From Vulcanimicrobiota bacterium (GTDB taxonomy: Bacteria; Vulcanimicrobiota; Vulcanimicrobiia; Vulcanimicrobiales; Vulcanimicrobiaceae): 64,000 nt of DNA. Numbering within the stretch: position 1 is the stretch's first letter; each line of letters begins with the position of its first letter. Position numbers and translations under genes: made by a program. The notes beneath the pieces were generated by a model. The model had not been told where the DNA came from. It searched no databases and saw only the letters and a program-made list of their open reading frames with translations. This document shows positions 27,151 through 36,808 of this stretch, piece after piece. The DNA lies in NCBI GenBank assembly GCA_963777315.1, contig CAVZQC010000002.1:576001-640000 (forward strand). Reading direction: 5' to 3'.

Positions 27151-28818
27151 GTGAGTGTGCCAGAGACGCAAGCCAAGGACCTCCGCGTTATACCGCCCCG
27201 CCGTTGGTCCGAGGAATTGGGCGGTATCCGTTGGCTGCCGCGTTTGATCGACAAGGCTCGCGCCGCGATGAAAGGCACGCTGGGCGACTACTTGTACGGG
27301 CAAAGCCCGATGGATCGCAGTCTGCTGCGGGCGCTCGGCCTTTCCTATAAAGAATTCACGCAGATCGTGCGCCAAGCGGGTGACGACGACGAAAAGGTGC
27401 TCGCGCTGCTCGACCAGCGCGCGCCCGAGGGCATGGAGCTGGCGCGGCGCTGGAGCCAGCGCCTGGGAAACCGGCACAAACCGTTTTTGTATTTGGTCGA
27501 TCTGGACGACGGCTACATCGGCGGCCCGATGCAGGCGATTCGATCGATCATACGCGTTTTTGCCGGCGCGCTTACGCGCTACGTGCGTTACCGGTGGCCC
27601 GCCCGAGGCTCGCTCATCGGGCTGGAGATCGAAGCCGAACACGCGGGCGCTAAAGCCGAAGCCGCTCGCGGTGCCGAGGAAGAGCCCTACCGCTGGCTGA
27701 CCGCGCAGAACGTGGATCTGAGCTGGAAGATGCTGCTGTCGGTCGTGCTGATCTTTTTGATATTCAGCTATGTGATCCGCTTCATCGAACGAATCGGCCT
27801 TATCTTCATCATCATCATCGGCGCAATTTTTTTCGCCTATTTGGTCTATCCGGTCGTGCGCTGGCTCAACAAGAAGTTGCCGCTGATCCTGGCAATCCTG
27901 CTGGTGTATGCCGTGATCGCGGGCCTGATCGCCTTTGGATTGTTTTATCTGATCCCGGCCATTATGTCCGAGGTGACGACGTTGATCCACGACTGGCCCA
28001 CGATTCAGGGCAAAATCGTCACGGTCATCAACGATCCCAACAATCCGGCGCTCAAGCACGTTCCCGGGGTGCTTCGCACGGAACTGGCCAGGCTGCCGCA
28101 AGAGATACCGCTATGGATTCACCAGCACGGGGCCGCGACCGTCGGAAATGCCATCGTGGTTCTGCTCGGTACGGCCGCTTTCATCGGGGCGTGCGTGGCG
28201 ATTCCGGTGCTGGGAGCGTACCTGCTGTACGATTCGGAAACGATAAAACGGTTCTTCATCGGATTCATACCGGGACGCAAGCGCGACTCCACGCTAATGC
28301 TGCTGGGCGAACTCGAGCAAGTCATCGGGGGATTCATTCGCGGGCAACTGATGGTGGGCGCGTCGGTGGGAGCGCTGATTGCCATTGGGCTTTCTTTGGT
28401 GGGAGAACCGTACGCGATCCTCATCGGAGCGATCGCGGGCGTGCTCGATCTAATACCGTACATCGGTCCGGTGATCGCGGCGATTCCGGCGCTGATCATC
28501 GCGTTCGTTGCGGGCGGCTTCCCGCTGGCGATCAAAGTGGGCATCGTGTTCCTGCTGGCAAATCAAGCCGAAGGGCACATCATCGCGCCCAATATCGTCA
28601 GCCGCACGATCCAGCTCAGTCCCAGCGCAGTCGTCATCGCGATCCTCATCGGCGGAGAGCTGTACGGCGTGCTCGGCATGTTCATCGCCGTCCCGGTTGC
28701 GGGCATCATCCGCGTGCTCTTGCTGCACATCATTCCCGGTTCGGTCAGCCGCGACGAGGCTAAGCCCGTGCTGACCAAGGACGCTCACGATACGGCCGAA
28801 GAGGCGGCCCTCCAATGA
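27151..28818 (+). CDS. DUF5069-like domain fused to AI-2E family transporter
   Basis: N-terminus PPRRWSEELGGIRWLPRLIDKARA..GTLGDY...DLDD; C-terminus GFIRGQ, IPYIGP, EGHIIAPNI, GGELYGVLGMFIAVP. Confidence 0.82.
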   Translation: MSVPETQAKDLRVIPPRRWSEELGGIRWLPRLIDKARAAMKGTLGDYLYGQSPMDRSLLRALGLSYKEFTQIVRQAGDDDEKVLALLDQRAPEGMELARRWSQRLGNRHKPFLYLVDLDDGYIGGPMQAIRSIIRVFAGALTRYVRYRWPARGSLIGLEIEAEHAGAKAEAARGAEEEPYRWLTAQNVDLSWKMLLSVVLIFLIFSYVIRFIERIGLIFIIIIGAIFFAYLVYPVVRWLNKKLPLILAILLVYAVIAGLIAFGLFYLIPAIMSEVTTLIHDWPTIQGKIVTVINDPNNPALKHVPGVLRTELARLPQEIPLWIHQHGAATVGNAIVVLLGTAAFIGACVAIPVLGAYLLYDSETIKRFFIGFIPGRKRDSTLMLLGELEQVIGGFIRGQLMVGASVGALIAIGLSLVGEPYAILIGAIAGVLDLIPYIGPVIAAIPALIIAFVAGGFPLAIKVGIVFLLANQAEGHIIAPNIVSRTIQLSPSAVVIAILIGGELYGVLGMFIAVPVAGIIRVLLLHIIPGSVSRDEAKPVLTKDAHDTAEEAALQ

Positions 28819-29708
28819 GCACCGGCGCAATTGCGCGCAATTTGCAGCGCGTCGACATCGTTGGCGTGCCGATGGATTTAGGGGCCAGCCGGCGCGGTGT
28901 CGACATGGGTCCGTACGCGGTTCGCTATGCCAAGCTCAACGAGCGACTGCACAAACTCAAAGTGGCCGAGATCGTGGATCACGGCAACTTAGCGGTACCG
29001 CTGCGCGAGGAGTACGCGCAGGGCGATCATCGCGCCAAATACTACGACATCATCGACGAAGTGTGCAACCGGCTTGCCGACGAGGTGCAGCACATCGTCG
29101 AAAGCAACGGCTTTCCCATCGTGCTCGGTGGCGACCATTCCATTGCGATGGGCACGCTTGCCGGACTGACGAAAGCGCGCGGCGCGCCGCCGGGATTAGT
29201 ATGGGTCGACGCTCACAGCGACATCAACAGCCCCGAAAGTTCGCCGTCGGGAAACGTGCACGGTATGCCGCTGTGGTTTGCGCTGCAAAGAGGCTATGCT
29301 CAGCCGCATCGCACGGTGCAAATCGGGCTTCGCGACGTCGACGTTACGGAAAAAGAGAACCTGCGCGCTTCGGGCGTGCGAGCGTTTACGATGAGCGACG
29401 TCGACAAGCTGGGAATGACGCACGTCATGGAGCAGACGATTGCAATCGCCGGTGCCGACGGGCGGCCGATTCACATGTCGTTCGACATGGACGGCATCGA
29501 CCCCAGCGAAGCACCCGGAACGGGCACGCCGGTCAAAGGCGGATTGAGCTTTCGCGAAGCGCATCTGGCCATGGAGATGCTGGCCGAATCAGGCTTGCTG
29601 GGGTCGATCGAAATGGTGGAGATCAATCCGATCCTCGATACGCGCAATCAGACGGCCATACTCGCCGTGGGACTGATCTGCTCGGGTTTGGGCAAGTCCA
29701 TTTTGTAG
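28815..29708 (+). CDS. rocF: Arginase
   Basis: [43 protein letters not shown]. Confidence 0.95.
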   Translation: MSTGAIARNLQRVDIVGVPMDLGASRRGVDMGPYAVRYAKLNERLHKLKVAEIVDHGNLAVPLREEYAQGDHRAKYYDIIDEVCNRLADEVQHIVESNGFPIVLGGDHSIAMGTLAGLTKARGAPPGLVWVDAHSDINSPESSPSGNVHGMPLWFALQRGYAQPHRTVQIGLRDVDVTEKENLRASGVRAFTMSDVDKLGMTHVMEQTIAIAGADGRPIHMSFDMDGIDPSEAPGTGTPVKGGLSFREAHLAMEMLAESGLLGSIEMVEINPILDTRNQTAILAVGLICSGLGKSIL

Positions 29709-29771
29709 ACGTCGCGCTATGGCAAACGCAATGCGCTGCCCTAATACATGCTGGTACACGGCAGGGGACCC

Positions 29772-30239
29772 ATGCCCACTAACACGGTAAAGACGCTCGT
29801 TTCAGGGATCGTCATATTTCGAGAGACTACCTGCGACGATACGGAAGCCAAAAAGGAAGACGTACAAAGCGGCCTTATGCGTGCCATGGACGGTAAACGA
29901 TGCAGTAATAGGGCCGCGCTTCACGAAGAATGGGCGGCGAAGTTGGGATTTCCCGACTACGCCGTCCACGGGCGTTGGGACTCGTTCGAACAATGCGTTT
30001 ACGATCTTGATTGGGAGCCGTTCATTTTCGCTTGCCGTATCCTGCTGATTCAGAAAAATGCGGAATGTGTGCTGGAAGATGAGCCGAACGCGCGTGCCAT
30101 ATTTTTGGATATTTTACGCAACGCTCCAGCAGAATTTACATCAAGGCGAACGGAAGTGCAGGCGGCCACTGATGATCAAAAGGCTAGGTTGACTATTGCG
30201 TTCCAGGCCGGTGCCGGCGGTGACGAAAAGCTGAAATGA
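29772..30239 (+). CDS. Barstar-family (RNase inhibitor-like) protein
   Basis: MDGKRCSNRAALHEEWAAKLGFPDY..GRWDSFEQCVYDLDW resembles the barstar FPxYxGxNxDAxxDxLxD motif. Start could be 29748. Confidence 0.75.
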   Translation: MPTNTVKTLVSGIVIFRETTCDDTEAKKEDVQSGLMRAMDGKRCSNRAALHEEWAAKLGFPDYAVHGRWDSFEQCVYDLDWEPFIFACRILLIQKNAECVLEDEPNARAIFLDILRNAPAEFTSRRTEVQAATDDQKARLTIAFQAGAGGDEKLK

Positions 30240-30330
30240 TATGCTAGGGCTTGCAGGCCTCATTTAGCCGGCGTCTCAATAAGTGGGCGCGCAGCGGCCA
30301 AAAGGATCCTTATGTCAAGAAGCTAACGCT

Positions 30331-30757
30331 ATGTCTCAGCAGATCAAGGTAGTATTTCCGATAGAAGAGGGTGCGGAGACAATGTGGGCCGACATATTGC
30401 CAGACGGCAGTTTGAGGCTGGACAATATTCCGCTATTTACCTATGGCTTAAACTACGGTGATGTATTCATCGCTTCGTCTACGGAACACGATCCGAGGCC
30501 AACCTTTCAAAACGTGGTGACGCCGTCGGGAAATGCAACCTATCGCCTAACGATTTTGGAACGAGTTCTCGATGAACGAGCGGATGAGCTGACTTCCATT
30601 GTTGGATAAAATTGACGAATTCGCTGACCAGAAGGCACGCTATGGTCGTGATTATATCGCCTATAATGTGCCTTCCGATCGTGATAGGCAGGCACTGGAA
30701 AGGCTTCTGGACGATGGCGAAGACGCAGGATATTGGGAATGGGAAGTGGCCTCGTGA
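30331..30757 (+). pseudogene. DUF4265-like protein, frameshifted
   Basis: ETMWAD...LDNIPLFTYGLNYGD...PSGNATYR, stop at 30607-30609. The +1 frame continues LDKIDEF...IAYNVP...GEDAGYWEWEVAS* to 30757. Confidence 0.7.
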
Positions 30758-30849
30758 AGTGACGTGAGGTCGTTGTGACAGCCGCCGATGTGATGGAGGC
30801 CGGTTGTCAGAATGAACTGTCGGCTATTACAATTCATAACGTGCGCGCC

Positions 30850-31611
30850 CTACAACTTAATCGTCGCAACGCCTTCACAACTCACGCCCCCGCCGCAAAC
30901 GGCTGCATCCCAATTTGCATCGGCCAGTATTTGTTCGATTTGGCGTTCCAACTGCGCGTCTATCGGCGGCTGAAAGTCAACGTGTTTCAGGTGGCCGTCT
31001 TCGCCCACCGTTACTTTGAGCGTCACGTGAACGCTGACGCGCTTTTGCAGCAGTTGCAGCGCGCTCGGGTCCAGCACGGGGTCTTGCGCCGCGCCCAGTG
31101 GCAGCACGCCTCCGCGGTCGGCTACGCCGGCGCCCTCCATTGCATGGCTGCTGATGGTCGCTTCAGGCTGGGGCGTACGCTGCGAAGCACTCTGCGTGGT
31201 GGCCACAGGTACGGAAGTGGCAGGCGCTTGCGCGAGCAGCGGCGCGGGACGGTGCGCGGCAATGTGGTGCGGAGCCGAAGCGACCGTGCCTAAGGGGCCG
31301 TTGACCGCGGTCGGACGCACGAGCGGCTTATGCGTATTGGCCGTCAATTCGTGCCTTCTGCGCGCAAAGCTCACTTTGGCTGCGCGTTTGGTCGTGTCGG
31401 GTACGGCGGTAGGACGACTGGCCGGGGCAAGACGCTCGGTCTGAACGCGGATGACCCGCGCGAACGTGAGCGCTTCCACGGGTTGTGGCCCGCCGGATTG
31501 CGCGGGCATCCATTTGGGAAGTACAAGTGCTAAGAGCAGGTGCAAACCAAGCGACGCCACGAGCGCGCCCCGCAAAAGCCGGTTGCCGTCCCATGCCCGC
31601 GTTATGGCCAT
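30850..31611 (-). CDS. TonB/TolA-like energy transducer-type protein
   Basis: Single N-terminal TM with SLGLH (SxxxH), long Pro/Ala/Thr linker, and C-terminal VTLKVTVGEDG...WDAA domain. Confidence 0.6.
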   Translation of the reverse strand: MAITRAWDGNRLLRGALVASLGLHLLLALVLPKWMPAQSGGPQPVEALTFARVIRVQTERLAPASRPTAVPDTTKRAAKVSFARRRHELTANTHKPLVRPTAVNGPLGTVASAPHHIAAHRPAPLLAQAPATSVPVATTQSASQRTPQPEATISSHAMEGAGVADRGGVLPLGAAQDPVLDPSALQLLQKRVSVHVTLKVTVGEDGHLKHVDFQPPIDAQLERQIEQILADANWDAAVCGGGVSCEGVATIKL

Positions 31612-31682
31612 TGCTACCTTGAAAACGAGACTACGGCGGGTGCCGTGACCTGCACCTTTCGCGACCTATCGGGAGAGCCGCC

Positions 31683-31934
31683 TTGCGAGACACCAATATC
31701 GTTTTGTACCAAGCCGAGTGGTGCATGTACTGCGCTCGCGTTCGAGCCAAGATGACGCAGCTGCTGCTCGATTACAAAGTGGTCAACATGCCCACGGATC
31801 ATTCCGAGCGCGGCATACTGAAAGAGATTTCCGGTCAAACCGGCATCCCGGTCATGGTAGATGGGGACGTCGTGCTCGACGACGATGACGAGATCGTACC
31901 GTATCTAGAGAAGAAGTATCCGCTCAACGCGTGA
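31683..31934 (+). CDS. Glutaredoxin-like protein
   Basis: LYQAEWCMYC, SGQTGIPVMVDG, EIVPYLEKKY; GGGAG RBS with TTG start. Confidence 0.88.
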   Translation: MRDTNIVLYQAEWCMYCARVRAKMTQLLLDYKVVNMPTDHSERGILKEISGQTGIPVMVDGDVVLDDDDEIVPYLEKKYPLNA

Positions 31935-32700
31935 GGGCGACCAGCGCAGCGGCTACTCCGGCGCCCGTGAGGGTGGCGCACGCGTTCACCGCATCGTTGT
32001 TCATCCACGTAAGCCCGCGAATTACACGCGAACGCGCGCCGCACGCGTGCGGATCCGTTTCGCACGGGCGAGCGCAGCGCGGGCAGTAGCGCAGCTGCTG
32101 CACGGAAGCGCCCAGCAGCGAGTCAATTAGCGCGCCCACGAAACCGGCGGCCGCGACGATCCACCAAGATCCCACGCCCAGCGACCATGCAACGAGCGCG
32201 ACGATCAGCGCGCCGGCGGCTTCCGCTGCCGTCCCCGCCGGTGTGATGCCGCCCGACAGGCCCGTCGACACCGGCCGAAGCGTCAAAATCGAGCGGGGTG
32301 CAGCGCTCGTCAGCGTGCCGATTTCAGTGCCCCACGTATCCGAAGACGCCGCTGCGAATGCTCCGGCAAACGCGGCGGCCGCTGCCCCGTGCGGTACGGC
32401 CGCGGCAATCAGCGCGCAGGCCGCGGCGACGCCGCCGTTTGCCATGACTTGCCACGCATCGCGCGCCGCGCCTTTGTCGATGTCGCGCAGCGCGCGTTTG
32501 CGTCTGCGTCCGATGCGCGAAAGCACCGTGGACGGAATGAAGAAGCTGAACAGCACGGCTGCATACGTCCACGAGCCCGCGCCGAAAACACATGCGCCGA
32601 CGATCCACGCCGCCGCCGCGCCGCTCGCGGTGAGCGCGCGAGAGCGCCAGGCCGCCAGCGCGATGGCGCCGGCAAGAACGATGGCAATCGCTACGCGCAC
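31924..32700 (-). CDS. DUF92/TMEM19 membrane protein
   Basis: RDAWQVMANGG, SDTWGTEIG, GLSGGIT, DSLLGA, NNDAVN. Confidence 0.92.
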   Translation of the reverse strand: MRVAIAIVLAGAIALAAWRSRALTASGAAAAWIVGACVFGAGSWTYAAVLFSFFIPSTVLSRIGRRRKRALRDIDKGAARDAWQVMANGGVAAACALIAAAVPHGAAAAAFAGAFAAASSDTWGTEIGTLTSAAPRSILTLRPVSTGLSGGITPAGTAAEAAGALIVALVAWSLGVGSWWIVAAAGFVGALIDSLLGASVQQLRYCPRCARPCETDPHACGARSRVIRGLTWMNNDAVNACATLTGAGVAAALVALTR

Positions 32701-32713
32701 GTAACGCCGCCCC

Positions 32714-33487
32714 TTAAGCCGCGCGCAGGTAACGCAAGAGCGCGGTCAGCAATCCGGCGGCGGTGAAGTCGGAGGCGACGACGCGGGGCTGCAGGCCCAT
32801 CTCACGCGCGGTTTGCGCCGTGATGGGTCCGATGCAGGCAACGAGTTTATTCTGAGCCGCGGCAGCGCAAGCGACGCCGCCGCCCAGGTTGTGCGAGAAC
32901 CCGCGAACGGTACTGGTGCTCGTGAAAGTCAGAATGTCGCTCTGCTGTACCTTGCCGGCGAACTGCGGATCGTCGGTGAAGACCGTTTTGTACGCAGCAA
33001 CCACGTGTGGGTTGCGCCCCGCTGCGCGTAAACGCTCGGGCAAAACGTCGCGCGCTTCCTGTGCGCGGTAAATCAACAGGTCTTCGCCCGGTCTGCTTGC
33101 GACGATCAATGCCTGCGCCAGGTCTTCGGCGACGTACGATTGCGGAACGAGATCGGCGTAAATTCCGCGCGTGCGCAGCGCCGCCGAGGTGGCGATGCCA
33201 ATCGCGGCGATCTTGGCGCTTCCCAACGCCCGCGCATCCTCCCGCCGCGCATCGAGCAGATCGAAGAAGGCCTTTACGCCGTTGGCGCTGGTGAAAACGA
33301 TCCAGGCGTTGCCGCCCGCACTCGCAACGGCTAGTTCTGCGGCGGCGCGATCGTCGGGGGGACGCATTGCAATCGTCGGAGCCAAAATCGGGTGCGCGCC
33401 GGCCGCGGTAAGCGCTTGAACGAATTCGTGGTTTTGGTGTGCAGGCCGCGTGACGAGCACGCGTTTACCGTTAAGCGGCGAGCTGAC
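32714..33487 (-). CDS. hemD: Uroporphyrinogen-III synthase
   Basis: PLNGKRVLVTRP, IVFTSANGV, AAIG, AYKT, FTSTSTV, ACIGPITA. The expected start position reads GTC (see findings). Confidence 0.9.
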   Translation of the reverse strand, partial: VSSPLNGKRVLVTRPAHQNHEFVQALTAAGAHPILAPTIAMRPPDDRAAAELAVASAGGNAWIVFTSANGVKAFFDLLDARREDARALGSAKIAAIGIATSAALRTRGIYADLVPQSYVAEDLAQALIVASRPGEDLLIYRAQEARDVLPERLRAAGRNPHVVAAYKTVFTDDPQFAGKVQQSDILTFTSTSTVRGFSHNLGGGVACAAAAQNKLVACIGPITAQTAREMGLQPRVVASDFTAAGLLTALLRYLRAA

Positions 33488-34815
33488 TCGTCGACATCGG
33501 CCGTCGGTTGCGACGGACGGGCTTTGGCCAGTTCCTCGGCGATGTTCAGTTCGAACAGCTCGTCGAGCAGACGCGCGTGTTCGAGAGCTTCGGAGTGGTT
33601 GGACGCGGTTTTGTCGCGAATCTTCGTCACGACCGTGTGCAGCAGTTTGGAGATGATCGTCATCGACATCCCGGTGATGAGCATTTTCTCGCGTTCGCTC
33701 AACTCCGGGCAGCGCGCGAGCAGCCGATCGAGTTCCGCCGAGCGGACGGTTTCGGCTTTTCGGGTGAGCGACGCGATCACCGGAACCGCCAGCCGCGATT
33801 GATACCACTGGTGAAAGCGCTCGAGGTATTCCTCGATGATTTCTTCGACCTGCGGAATGGCCTCGCGGCGCACTTCCAGCTTTTCCTGCACGTGCGATTT
33901 GAGCCCGTCGACGTCGATCAGCGTGACGCCGTCGATGTTGGCGACGTCGGGGTGGACGTCGCGCGGTACCGCGATGTCGATGATGAACAGCGCAGCGTTC
34001 GGGCGACGCGACATGGCTGGCGCCACGATGTCCGGCGTCAGCACGAAATGCGAAGCGCCCGTCGAGGTGACGGCAATGTCGGCGCAGGCCAGTGCATCGA
34101 GCAGCCCGGGCAGCTCGACCGCGTGCCCGAAGCCGATCTCGCTGACCACGTCTTGCGCGTGCTTGATCGTGCGGTTACTCACGATCAGGTTGCGGGTGCC
34201 TTCGGCGCGCAGACGCTTTGCCGCGGTTCGGCCCATTTTGCCTGCGCCGATGATGACGACGTTGCGATCGGCCAGCGTACCGAATTGCCTGCGCGCCAGC
34301 TCGATGGCCGCCGTTGCAATCGAGCTCGATTCGTCGCCGATCCGAGTCTGCGAGCGGGCGGATTTTCCCGCGCTCATCGCTTCCCGGAACAGGCGGTGCA
34401 GCGTTTTTCCCAGCGAGCCGGCATCTTGCGCGGCGATGAACGCGTCCTTGACCTGGCCCAGAATCTCCGCCTCGCCGATCAGCATCGAATCCAAGCCCGT
34501 ACTCACGCGCAGCAGATGCTCGACCGCGGCGCGCCCCAGCAGCGTATAGAGATACGATTCCAAATCGTAGCCGACCATGCCGTGACGGAAGTTCAACAGA
34601 AACGACTTGAGCTGCTCGACGCCCGCTTCGTAGTCGGAAACGTCGGCGTAAATTTCCAGCCGCCCGCAGGTTTGCAGCATGACCGCTTCGCGAACGGCCT
34701 GGTAATCGCGCAGAGCGACCAGCGCGGCCTCCATGCGGGAAGCCGGAAACGCGTGGCGCTCGCGCACTTCAACGGGCGCGGTATGGTGAGAGAGTCCCAG
34801 GCAAACCAGCGGCAT
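33331..34815 (-). CDS. hemA: Glutamyl-tRNA reductase
   Basis: GLSHHTAPVEVRE, QTCGRLE, GLDSMLIGEAEILGQVK, GAGKMG, DIAVPRD. The natural end is probably near 33484 (see findings). Confidence 0.95.
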   Translation of the reverse strand: MPLVCLGLSHHTAPVEVRERHAFPASRMEAALVALRDYQAVREAVMLQTCGRLEIYADVSDYEAGVEQLKSFLLNFRHGMVGYDLESYLYTLLGRAAVEHLLRVSTGLDSMLIGEAEILGQVKDAFIAAQDAGSLGKTLHRLFREAMSAGKSARSQTRIGDESSSIATAAIELARRQFGTLADRNVVIIGAGKMGRTAAKRLRAEGTRNLIVSNRTIKHAQDVVSEIGFGHAVELPGLLDALACADIAVTSTGASHFVLTPDIVAPAMSRRPNAALFIIDIAVPRDVHPDVANIDGVTLIDVDGLKSHVQEKLEVRREAIPQVEEIIEEYLERFHQWYQSRLAVPVIASLTRKAETVRSAELDRLLARCPELSEREKMLITGMSMTIISKLLHTVVTKIRDKTASNHSEALEHARLLDELFELNIAEELAKARPSQPTADVDESARRLTVNACSSRGLHTKTTNSFKRLPRPARTRFWLRRLQCVPPTIAPPQN

Positions 34816-34918
34816 CTATCGTCTTGTCATCGTATGGCGCGCGCAACCCTGCCAACTAGCGGTTTTATCGCACGGCAGAGGCGCTGCCGACTCCAGGGCA
34901 AGCGGCCCTCGAGCCCGA

Positions 34919-36223
34919 TCAACGCTGCACCGGCGCGAGCAGTTGCTCGAGTGCATCGTTCGCCGCTGCAACCGTCTGCTCGACCTCACGCGTGCCGTGC
35001 GCGCAGGACACGAATGCGCTTTCGAACTGCGAGGGCGCCAAGTACACCCCGCGATCGAGCATCGCGTGAAAGAAGCGCGCGTACAGCGCGGTATCCGACG
35101 TCATGGCGCTTTGCAAATCATGAACCGGGTCTTGCGTGAAGAACGTGCACAGCATCGAGCCCGCATAAGCGCTGTAATGCGGAACGTCGTATTTGGCCAG
35201 CACTTCGTGCAAGCTGTCGCAGAGCAGTTTTGCGAGCACCTCGAGCCGTTCGTACAGCGTCGCATCGGCGAGAATGGTGCGAAGCGTCGCGATGCCTGCA
35301 GCCATCGCAAGCGGATTTCCCGAGAGCGTTCCGGCTTGATAGACTGCACCGTCGGGCGCAAGTTCTGACATGATCTCCGCGGAGCCGCCGAACGCGCCGA
35401 CCGGCAAACCGCCGCCGATCACTTTGCCCAGCGTGGTGAGATCGGGCCGCACGTTTTCGCGCTCCTGCGCGCCGCCCCGTGCGACGCGAAAGCCCGTCAT
35501 CACTTCATCGAAGATCAGCAGCGTTCCGTGCTGCGTGCACATCGAGCGCAATGCTTGAAGATACCCGGGCTGCGCCGGAACCAGGCCCATATTGCCGGCG
35601 TACGGCTCGATGATCACCGCCGCGATCTTGCGCGGGTGCGCATCGAAGACTGCTGCGACGGCCTGCGTGTCGTTGTACGGCAGCACGATGGTTTCGCGGG
35701 CGACGCCTTCGGTAACTCCGGGCGAGTTGGGAATCCCGTTGGTGAGCGCGCCGCTGCCCGCGGCGATCAAAAATGAATCGGCGTGGCCGTGGTAGCAGCC
35801 GGCGAACTTGACGATGAGCTCGCGGCCGGTGTATCCGCGCGCCAAACGCACGGCGCTCATGGCGGCTTCGGTGCCGCTGGACGTAAAGCGAATGCGTTCG
35901 ATTGACGGCATCATCGTGCGGATCAATTCGCCGAGCTCGGACTCGGCTTCGGTCGGCGTGCCGAACGAACTGCCGCGCTGGGCAGCCTGCGCGATCGCTT
36001 TGACGACTGCGGGATGCGCGTGTCCGAGAATCAACGGTCCCCAGGACAGCACGTAGTCGACGTACTCGTGCCCGTCGATGTCGTACAGGAACGGGCCTTG
36101 GCCGCGCTGCATGAACACCGGCGATCCGCCGACCGCGCGGAACGCCCGCACCGGCGAATTGACGCCGCCCGCGATGATGCCTCGCGCTCTGGCGAAGGCG
36201 GAGATGGACCGTTCTAGACGCAA
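34919..36223 (-). CDS. hemL: Glutamate-1-semialdehyde 2,1-aminomutase
   Basis: GGVNSPVRAF, SSGTEA, GCYHGH, FDEVMTGFR, GKVIGGGLP, APSQFE. Confidence 0.97.
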   Translation of the reverse strand: MRLERSISAFARARGIIAGGVNSPVRAFRAVGGSPVFMQRGQGPFLYDIDGHEYVDYVLSWGPLILGHAHPAVVKAIAQAAQRGSSFGTPTEAESELGELIRTMMPSIERIRFTSSGTEAAMSAVRLARGYTGRELIVKFAGCYHGHADSFLIAAGSGALTNGIPNSPGVTEGVARETIVLPYNDTQAVAAVFDAHPRKIAAVIIEPYAGNMGLVPAQPGYLQALRSMCTQHGTLLIFDEVMTGFRVARGGAQERENVRPDLTTLGKVIGGGLPVGAFGGSAEIMSELAPDGAVYQAGTLSGNPLAMAAGIATLRTILADATLYERLEVLAKLLCDSLHEVLAKYDVPHYSAYAGSMLCTFFTQDPVHDLQSAMTSDTALYARFFHAMLDRGVYLAPSQFESAFVSCAHGTREVEQTVAAANDALEQLLAPVQR

Positions 36224-36232
36224 TGCCGACCT

Positions 36233-36808
36233 CTATGCCTGGAGTAATGCGCGGCGATCTGCCGCCGTATTAACGTTGGCAAAGACGCGTTCGTCCGAAA
36301 GGTGCACGCGTTTCGCACGAAGCTCTTCGACGACGGCCGCAACTCCTCCCGATCCGCCGGACCGCAGGCCGGCTGCTGCGGCCAAAAAGGCAAGGCGGTC
36401 GTACAGAGCGCACAGCGGCTCCAAGGGGCCGGCGGCGTTGACCGGCACCACGGCTTGAAGGGACGGCTCCCACAACGCCGTCAGTTCGCGCGCGGTGGCG
36501 GCAGTTACGAACGGCGCGTCGCCCGCGACCACGAATATGCGCTGATGCGGAATCTGCTCGAACGCCGAGTAGAGCGCGGCTGCCGGACCGCGGCGGGGCC
36601 AGCGATCGACGATTATCGGGCAATCGAGCTCCCTGTCGATCTCGGGCGGAAAGGAGCCTGCGGCGGCCACATAGACCGGCCCCGCGTCGCGCACGTTGCG
36701 ATAGACCCGCAGCACAAGCGGCCTGCCGCCCGCATCGAGATGCAGCTTGCCGGGCAAGCGCGTCGCTTCGCCGCCGGCCAAGATGACGACGGCCGGCGGT
36801 GGAGTCAT
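36233..36808 (-). CDS. mobA: Molybdenum cofactor guanylyltransferase
   Basis: ILAGGEATRL.GK, GPAAAL, AGDAPF, EPLCALY, NVNT. Confidence 0.8.
   Translation of the reverse strand: MTPPPAVVILAGGEATRLPGKLHLDAGGRPLVLRVYRNVRDAGPVYVAAAGSFPPEIDRELDCPIIVDRWPRRGPAAALYSAFEQIPHQRIFVVAGDAPFVTAATARELTALWEPSLQAVVPVNAAGPLEPLCALYDRLAFLAAAAGLRSGGSGGVAAVVEELRAKRVHLSDERVFANVNTAADRRALLQA

Larger units (their letters stand above)
29709..30845. other. Low-GC islet (horizontally acquired)
   Basis: Abrupt AT enrichment; 30301-30360 counts 25/60 G+C against roughly 65% in the flanks. No transposase or clear terminal repeats. Confidence 0.8.

Noticed and set aside
29709..30845. IS element or prophage remnant
   Set aside because: No transposase or integrase, terminal inverted repeats or target duplication seen.
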